This document shows positions 19,533 through 26,128 of a stretch of DNA of 64,000 nucleotides, piece by piece. The position numbers and the translations under genes were made by a program. A model generated the notes under the pieces. The model had not been told where the DNA came from and ran no database searches. It was given only the letters and a program-made list of their open reading frames with translations. How positions within the stretch are numbered: the stretch's first letter is position 1; each line of letters starts with the position of its first letter. This DNA comes from an uncultured Bacteroidales bacterium (GTDB taxonomy: Bacteria > Bacteroidota > Bacteroidia > Bacteroidales > VadinHA17): NCBI GenBank assembly GCA_963719235.1, contig CAVRBS010000013.1:71708-135707 (forward strand). Reading direction: 5' to 3'.

Positions 19533-19784
19533 GCCTAACGGTCGGCGGTATGGGTCTGTTGCCTTGTGTCGCGGTGGCATGAGTTTTTGCCATCGAGCTT
19601 GACGACCACAGAATTTCATTTTGATCACAGAATTTTCAGGTAATGCAAAAACCATGACACCATCTGCGGGAGACCCCGCCGTGTGGCGGGGGCAGCCCGG
19701 CCAGCTAAGCTTACAGAATTGAATTCTTTTTTTACAAGTAGTCGTGCTGGCCGGAAGGCAATGACCTATACCGACTTGTTAGAC
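19533..19784 (-). repeat. attC-like structured repeat, family B (252 bp; the element closest to the recombinase gene)
   Basis: Starts GCCTAAC and ends GTTAGAC. It has B-type termini and boxes. Confidence 0.85.
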
Positions 19785-19983
19785 ATTGGCGGATTAGTTA
19801 AATTGGCTTGATAAGTATGTTGTTACATACTATTGTTATGATATGTAATTTTCTGCCCAATGGGTTATTAGCAGTTAGCTTTCGGGTTATACATTAATGA
19901 ATGTATCAATTTGCTTTACCGGTCAGGGTTCAGAATTGCTGAATTTATTACAGATAAGTTCTTTCAGATAAATTACCGCTTGT

Positions 19984-20079
19984 GCCTAACTCGTTTATAT
20001 GGGTACTAAAGGTAGGCATATTTGACGGAAATGGGTGTTATTGGATACCTGTGGTGGCTTTTACAGACAACAGTAATTA
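19984..20079 (-). other. Candidate attI-like region with an orphan core site (GCCTAAC on the plus strand, GTTAGGC on the minus strand) between the recombinase stop and the first cassette
   Basis: GCCTAAC lies at 19984-19990, followed by TCGTTTATATGGGTAC. This resembles the left arm of family A (GCCTAACGGCCCGGCAATATGGGG), but no element body follows. The site lies 90 nt from the recombinase stop. Confidence 0.4.
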
Positions 20080-21252
20080 TCATAAATCATCAAACGGCGT
20101 GCGAATCTTCTGAATACTCTTCTCCGTCACATGCGTGTAAATCTCAGTAGTCCTGCTGCTCTTGTGCCCTAATAATTCCTGGATATACCGCAGATCCGTA
20201 CCTGCCTCTAAAAGATGCGTTGCATAACTGTGACGCAACCCATGAAGAGTAATGCTCTTCTTTATCCCTGCCTTCTCTACTGCCATCCTGAATACCTTCT
20301 CAATACTCGCAGCACTGTACCTGCTCACCCTGACGCTGCCCTTCAAAAAGATAAACTACCGGGACGATAACGCTTAAGATACGAAGTCTATCATCTCAAC
20401 CAGCTTCACCGAGACCGGTACAATCCGGTCCTTGAACCCCTTCGACTGCCTGACACTTAAAAGCATCCGGTCACGGTCAATATCCTCCGACTCAAGCGTG
20501 ATTACCTCACTTCTGCGCAGCCCGCATCCGTAAATAATACTTAATATCGCCCTGTGCTTCTCATTCATCGGGGCCGTCAAGATCTTCTTTACTTCTTCTT
20601 TGCTCAGTACATTGGGCAGCTTATGTCGTGTACGGGGACGGGTGAACTCGCCGGGGTCAATGACCTCACGACAAATCTCTTTGTAGAATTTCTTGACTGC
20701 ACTTATCAGCTGATTTTGAAATGAGTAACTCAATCCCTCTGGTATAATATATTCATTGACCATCCTTACGAGGTCATCAGTATTACATTCTGAGGCCTCC
20801 TTGGGCGAAACAAACCTCAGGAAGGCCACCATCATCGATGTGTAGGTCCTGACGGTTGTAGGCGGATACCTGTGCGATTCGAGCCAGCTTCGATACCTTT
20901 CAATATCATCCAGCGCCGTTTTGCTAAGCTTCTTGTCATTGAAGATCGATCTTGCTATCTCTTAGCACAGGTAGGCGTGACTCTTAAGCTGACTAATCCC
21001 TGCTTTGCTTAAACCTCTGACCTTGTCGAAAGTCCTGCTTTCTGAATCTGAATTCAATTCTGCAAATTCTGAGAGCCTTTAATAACCTGATAACTTCATC
21101 GTCAGAAATATGCCAGCAATTCATTCTCTTATCCATCTGCATCTGGTAAAGCTTCCTGACGAGTCATTTACAACCTCTTCATCATAAGGGAACTTGAGGG
21201 CAACACGCATTCCACTGTCGTGCTTCACCCTCTCGGCAATTACGGTAATCAT
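20080..21252 (-). pseudogene. XerC/D-like tyrosine recombinase (not a canonical IntI), with about 5 frame disruptions
   Basis: The C-terminal part reads [39 protein letters not shown]...IRTPFDDL. The middle part reads GLRRSEV...KGFKDRIVPV. The N-terminal part reads MITVIAERVKHDSGMRVALKFPYDEEVV. These pieces lie in different frames with internal stops. Confidence 0.8.
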
Positions 21253-21300
21253 AGTTTGCAGCGAGTAAAATTATATATCAATGGTGTTTTTGACACAGGA

Positions 21301-21395
21301 TTTATGGTACAAGGTACAAGGAGCATGGTGCAGGGGGCAGGCAGTAAGGCCATGGTGAAAGGTTAAAGGATAAAGGTTAAAGTTAAATAGTCACA
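21301..21395. repeat. Short word-like tandem repeats (GGTACAAGG, GGTGCAGGG, GGTTAAAGG)
   Basis: The sequence is ATGGTACAAGGTACAAGGAGCATGGTGCAGGGGGCAGGCAGTAAGGCCATGGTGAAAGGTTAAAGGATAAAGGTTAAAG, directly upstream of the recombinase start. Confidence 0.7.
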
Positions 21396-21545
21396 GGACT
21401 AAAGCGATAGGACAGGGCACTCCTCCGCTAAAGCGTAAGGTCTGTGTCAGCCTGAATGGATCATGGCGATTGCTCATCCTGCCTAATTTAAACCATCTAA
21501 TTCAACCCTTGCTCCTTTCAAATGATCTTTTCAATTATCGGAACA

Positions 21546-21941
21546 TCATTTCCTGAATTCAATTAATTCAACCGGAGCTCCGTTATGCTCAATCATTGCT
21601 ACGTTAATGCCTTCCGCAGTTTTATTTGGCTCTGTTATTACCTTCAGACCACGTGTCCTTAGTTCCTTCTCCAGGTCATCAACTTCAAAAGCAATATGAG
21701 GAACTGTCTTTATCAGGGCACTTATCGGACTGTCATCCTCAAACCTCATCCATTCCACACCAAAAGGACTTGTGCTGAACCCCGACACATAAAATTTAAA
21801 TTGCGGCAAGTATTTCTCGTCAGGCATAATGGTTTTTGTGGGTATACCCAGGTGATGGTATTTCCAACCCCATTTTTCCACGGCTAACGGTGGTTCGGAA
21901 TCAAGCCTCAATATCTCCATATGTTTACTGAAATTCAACAT
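21546..21941 (-). CDS. VOC (glyoxalase/bleomycin-resistance fold) family protein
   Basis: 131 aa. The length and an HHLGIPT...HIAFEVDD pattern are typical of VOC proteins. Confidence 0.5.
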   Translation of the reverse strand: MLNFSKHMEILRLDSEPPLAVEKWGWKYHHLGIPTKTIMPDEKYLPQFKFYVSGFSTSPFGVEWMRFEDDSPISALIKTVPHIAFEVDDLEKELRTRGLKVITEPNKTAEGINVAMIEHNGAPVELIEFRK

Positions 21942-21964
21942 TTATCTTCTTAAAAGCAAGCTCT

Positions 21965-22624
21965 TTATGTCCTTAGAGTTTGAAACACTTCCTGAAAGAA
22001 GAATTCCAGCTTCTGAATATCGAGACTGCCATCTGTTCTTACACCGCTGCAGACATCCACACCATATGGTCTGACAGTCTCAATTGCCAGCCTGACATTT
22101 TCCGGGTTTAATCCGCCTGCAAGAAAGACCGGACACTTTGCACTAATCCTGATACGCCGGCTCAGTTCCCAATTGTGCACCCTCCCGGTACCGCCAAGTT
22201 CTTTGATTTTTAAATTAGGATTTCCACTGTCGAGAAGGATTGCGTCGACTGATTCTGAGATCCTGATTGCTTCATTGAGCGAATTTTCATCAATGACATG
22301 AATGACCTGGACAATTTTAACGCACGGAAGAGCACTTTTAAGCTCGGCATATGTTCCTTCCGTAAGGGAATCAACAATCTGAATCGTGTTGGTATTCGTT
22401 CGCTGATGGTGCCTGATTATTTCACTCACTGAAGTTTCACTGGTCAGCATAAATGTCGCAACGGGAGGTGGCACGGTCGCGGCTATTTCCCTTATTAAGT
22501 CATCAGAAATCGGACCCGGTCCGCTTGGCATTTTAGCGACCAATCCAATCGCTGAAGCTCCGAAGCTCACGGCTATGCTTGCTTCCTCGATGCTTTTAAT
22601 GCAGCATATCTTGATTCTGATCAT
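21965..22624 (-). CDS. trpF: Phosphoribosylanthranilate isomerase
   Basis: 219 aa with an N-terminal IKICCIKS, a TIM-barrel PRAI-like pattern and LAGGLNPENV. Confidence 0.7.
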   Translation of the reverse strand: MIRIKICCIKSIEEASIAVSFGASAIGLVAKMPSGPGPISDDLIREIAATVPPPVATFMLTSETSVSEIIRHHQRTNTNTIQIVDSLTEGTYAELKSALPCVKIVQVIHVIDENSLNEAIRISESVDAILLDSGNPNLKIKELGGTGRVHNWELSRRIRISAKCPVFLAGGLNPENVRLAIETVRPYGVDVCSGVRTDGSLDIQKLEFFFQEVFQTLRT

Positions 22625-23352
22625 TGAAAATTGCTAATAATCGGTTGGTTTCGCTGCCCGCCCTGCAGTCTGTCTCCTTTTCTGTAAAAGCCCACTGAGT
22701 TGTTTTACGCTCGGTCCAGTAATGAAAGCGGCAGGCTCAGACAAGGTAGTCTTATCCAACCATACTGGCAAACGAGAAGGTGCTCCCGGCCTATCCTTTC
22801 CTACCTGCCGGCAGTGTCCTGTCCTGACGTCTTTAAGGTGGTATCTGTTAAACCGTTCTGTTGTCCCTCCGGATTCCGCAGCTTTAGCAAAAATGGCTGC
22901 TGTTCAATTCGCTCCAGGCTATTAGCGAATATGTAACAATCTGATAATCAGTATAATTAATTTGGGCTTGATCAAACCTTCGTTACGTCAGTCACACGGT
23001 CAGTATCCCCTGCATTTACCGGTATCTTATGAACAAAGACTGACAAAAGAAAAATGCAGACACATAAATTTATTAAATCCTGATGAATTATTAAACAAAA
23101 ACAGGAAAAATCTGAATTCTTATTTGAGAAACTTCAGCAAATTATTATCTGAAGCATTCCATTACGCCCTTGTAGCTTGTCAAACAGTTAGAAAAAATTT
23201 TAAGTTTGCAGACTAAGTAATACGATATCCGTCATTGATCGTCAGGCCCTTGTACAAGTACCCTGACAAACTGGACCAGCATTGTCAGATTATTTTTATG
23301 AATTCCGGTTCTTCAGTTCCGGGATGCTCATTCTGGTTTTCCTTCAGTAACC

Positions 23353-23925
23353 CTATACCAGACCTGCAAAACCCATGAATGCCAGAGCCAGAATGCCGGC
23401 AGTAACCAGAGAAATAGGCACACCTTTCATTCCCTCTGGAATATTTACCAGCTCCATCTGCTCCCTGATGCCTGCCATAATAATAAGGGCAAGTCCGAAA
23501 CCCATAGCTGTCGCACCTCCATAAATGATACCGGTGAGGAGGTCGTAATCCTTCTTTATGACCAGCAGAGCGACACCAAGGACCGCACAGTTGGTGGTAA
23601 TGAGCGGAAGAAAAATACCGAGCGCCTGATACAGAGGCCGGCTTATCTTCTTGAGAATGATCTCTACCATCTGAACAAGAAAAGCAATCACAAGGATGAA
23701 CGTGATCGTTTGCATAAAAGCTATTCCTAACGGGACAAGCACATAAGTGTAGACGAGGTATGTTGCCATTGTTGCCAGCACAATAACAAAGACAACCGCC
23801 CCTGACATACCGAGAGCTGTGCTTACCTTATTCGAAACACCCAGGAAAGGGCATACACCAAGATACTGCGCCAACACTACGTTGTTGACCAGCATCGCTG
23901 AAATTATCAGTAAAATATATTCCAT
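23353..23925 (-). CDS. rnfA: Rnf electron transport complex subunit A
   Basis: A 190 aa polytopic protein with the RnfA/NqrE family pattern, last gene of the rnf operon. Confidence 0.9.
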   Translation of the reverse strand: MEYILLIISAMLVNNVVLAQYLGVCPFLGVSNKVSTALGMSGAVVFVIVLATMATYLVYTYVLVPLGIAFMQTITFILVIAFLVQMVEIILKKISRPLYQALGIFLPLITTNCAVLGVALLVIKKDYDLLTGIIYGGATAMGFGLALIIMAGIREQMELVNIPEGMKGVPISLVTAGILALAFMGFAGLV

Positions 23926-23947
23926 TTCAGTTCCTCCTTATGCTTTG

Positions 23948-24530
23948 TTAGCCTTGTTGATCCTGTTGACGACAGCAATAAGATATCCTAGATGCGATGA
24001 ACGCTCCAGGCGCCAGAATGAACACCAGAATACCGTCTCCTTCGATGAATTTAAGCCCGAAGATGGAACCGCTGCCAAGGATCTCTCTTATTGTACCGAG
24101 TACACCCAAGGCCATCGTAAAGCCAAGTCCCATTCCGGCACCGTCAACAAACGATGACCATACCGTGTTCTTGCTGGCAAATGCTTCGGCACGTCCCAGC
24201 ACTATACAGTTTACCACAATGAGGGGAATGAATATGCCCAGTGTCTCATAGAGTGCGGGTACATAAGCCTGCATCACAAGGTCGACAATAGTCACAAAAG
24301 TGGCAATGACCACAATGAAAGCAGGAATACGCACCTTGTCAGGAATCACATTCTTCAGGAGGGATATCACTACATTCGACCCGATAAGCACGAAGGTCGT
24401 TGCAATACCCATCCCGAGGCCGTTCATCGCTGATGAAGTCGTAGCAAGGGTAGGGCAGGTACCGAGCACCAGCACAAGTATGGGATTCTCCTTCAGGAAA
24501 CCCTTGGTGAAATTCTTTAACCTGGTTCAT
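23948..24530 (-). CDS. rnfE: Rnf complex subunit E (apparent 1-nt frameshift near the 5' end)
   Basis: The ATG at 24530 gives MNQVKEF. The family-typical [24 protein letters not shown] continues in the next frame. Confidence 0.85.
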
Positions 24531-25120
24531 TTCAGACCTCCTTTCTCAAATGTGTTGTATGCTCTCTGGACCCCGTCACAGAATGCTCTTGAACTTATTG
24601 TTGCAGCTGTAATGGCATCAACCGGACCTCCATCCTTTTTAACTTTAAGGGCGAAGGTGGCAGGGTTCTTATCCTTGAACTGATCCTTGAACGCAGGCTT
24701 GTCAGGCGTTCCCTCGGGAACCATCTTTGTGCCCAGCCCGGGCGTCTCTTTCTGCTCCAGGATGCTTATATTAAAAATAGTTCCGTCTGGCCTAAATCCA
24801 ACCATGAAACCTATGTAGCCACTATACCCTTTGTTGGTATAAGATTTAACTGCATACCCTACGACCTCCTCGCCTTTCTTTGCCGGATAAACCTCGAGAC
24901 TGTCACCCTCACCTGTCGGCAGCATGAACATATCATCGTTGGGATTATTTGTAAATTCAGGTACCACCTGTTTTATGGCGTCAAGCTTCTTGTTAAGCAG
25001 TGAGATCTCTATCGGTTCCTTGGTAAACTCATAGACATATCCTAAAGCAGCGGAAGCACACAGTGAGATGAGCGTGAGCGACAACACCATATTCTTGAGT
25101 GTCGATTGCATCTTAGCCAT
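24527..25120 (-). CDS. rnfG: Rnf complex subunit G (FMN-binding)
   Basis: 197 aa with an N-terminal transmembrane helix and the FMN-binding motif DAITAATISS. Confidence 0.85.
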   Translation of the reverse strand: MAKMQSTLKNMVLSLTLISLCASAALGYVYEFTKEPIEISLLNKKLDAIKQVVPEFTNNPNDDMFMLPTGEGDSLEVYPAKKGEEVVGYAVKSYTNKGYSGYIGFMVGFRPDGTIFNISILEQKETPGLGTKMVPEGTPDKPAFKDQFKDKNPATFALKVKKDGGPVDAITAATISSRAFCDGVQRAYNTFEKGGLK

Positions 25121-26116
25121 TCTTCACCTCCTTTCCGAACCTCTTCGGCTTGATATACATATTCAATAAGGGCACAAAAGCATTCATAATTAAAATTGAA
25201 AATGACAACGCCTTCAGGGTATGCTCCCCATGTACGGATCAGCACGGTTATTATTCCTATCCCGATACCGTAAATTATCATTCCTTTGTGCGTCATCGGA
25301 GATGTTGCATAATCAGTAGCCATGTAGATGGCTCCCAGCATAAGGCCTCCTGTAAGCAGATGGAACAAAGGATCAGCAAATTTCGTCGGATCGGCCAGCC
25401 AGAGGATGCCGGTAAAGAATGCTACAGTAAGAAGGATCGAGACAGGAATGTGCCATGTAATGATCTTTTTCCAGAGGAGATAAATACCTCCGAGGATCAG
25501 TGCAGCAGCAGCAATCTCACCCATTGAGCCTCCCATCTGGCCGTAAAATAACTGCATGTGCGATGGAATCTTATCCATAATGGCGGATACGGTCTCACCG
25601 TTTTTTACACCCTCACTTAGCAACCCCAGAGGCGTGGCTCCTGTGACAGCATCAGTATAACCGGTTTTAAATCCTGTCGGAACCGGCCAGCTAGTCATCT
25701 GTACAGGAAAAGATATCAGCAGGAATACCCTGCCCACCAGTGCCGGGTTGAACGGGTTGTTGCCCAGCCCACCGAAGGTCATCTTTGCAACCCCTATTGC
25801 GATTATCGCACCGATAATAATAATATGAACCGGTAGATTCGACGGGCACATTGAATGCAAGGAGTAATCCTGTGACTACTGCGGAACCATCTGATATTGA
25901 TGGCTTTACCTTTAGAATAAACTTTTGCATGAGATACTCGACAGCGACACATGAGAGCACCGAGGTGAGAGTGACAATTATGGCTCCCATCCCGAAATAA
26001 TATATCGATGCTGCCAGCGCCGGCAGAAGAGCGATCACCACACCGTACATCAGTTTACGCGTCGTTTCAGGACTTTGCTGATGCGGAGAGGGCGAAACAT
26101 TAAGGATATTATTCAT
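25113..26116 (-). CDS. rnfD: Rnf complex subunit D (at least two apparent frameshifts)
   Basis: The N-terminal part is in 25691..26116 and the body is in 25042..25860. The family-typical C-terminus SFSILIMNAFVPLLNMYIKPKRFGKEVKNG is recovered in a third frame ending at 25113. Confidence 0.85.
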
Positions 26117-26128
26117 ATTGTTTTACTG

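Larger units (their letters stand above)
1..19990 (-). mobile_element. Integron-like gene-cassette array (18 attC-like structured repeats; cassettes read on the minus strand; probably continues past the left window edge)
   Basis: There are 18 co-oriented repeats with RYYYAAC-like and GTTRRRY-like termini. They alternate with minus-strand ORFs of unrelated function. Flank complementarity is shifted by one register between neighbouring elements. A tyrosine recombinase gene lies at the high-coordinate end. Confidence 0.7.

Noticed and set aside
858-19784. A regularly spaced repeat array that might be a CRISPR locus
   Set aside because: The repeats are 127-423 bp rather than about 25-40 bp. They are imperfect and belong to several families. 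The so-called spacers are 0.2-3 kb segments containing complete genes. No cas genes are present.
858-19784. The elements as MITEs (terminal inverted repeats of about 25-30 nt)
   Set aside because: No direct target-site duplications are present. Instead, the flanks are inverted-complementary across neighbouring elements. All copies are co-oriented and strictly alternate with co-oriented ORFs. MITE insertion would not generate the one-register flank shift. This cannot be fully excluded without a genome-wide survey.
20080-21252. Calling the recombinase a canonical integron integrase (IntI)
   Set aside because: The spacing between the KDR and HxLRHS motifs is Xer-like (about 60 aa). This leaves no room for the IntI-specific insertion, and the N-terminal domain looks like a Bacteroidota integrase family. 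The gene is kept as a generic tyrosine recombinase.
22780-22870. RNase P RNA, based on ACAGAAC..GGTTTA and GGAAAGG..GGCCGGG motifs on the minus strand
   Set aside because: The two motifs are only about 60 nt apart and in the reverse order relative to bacterial RNase P RNA. GGAAAGGATAGG deviates from the conserved GGAAAGTCCGG. The flanking sequence is AT-rich and lacks the other conserved regions.
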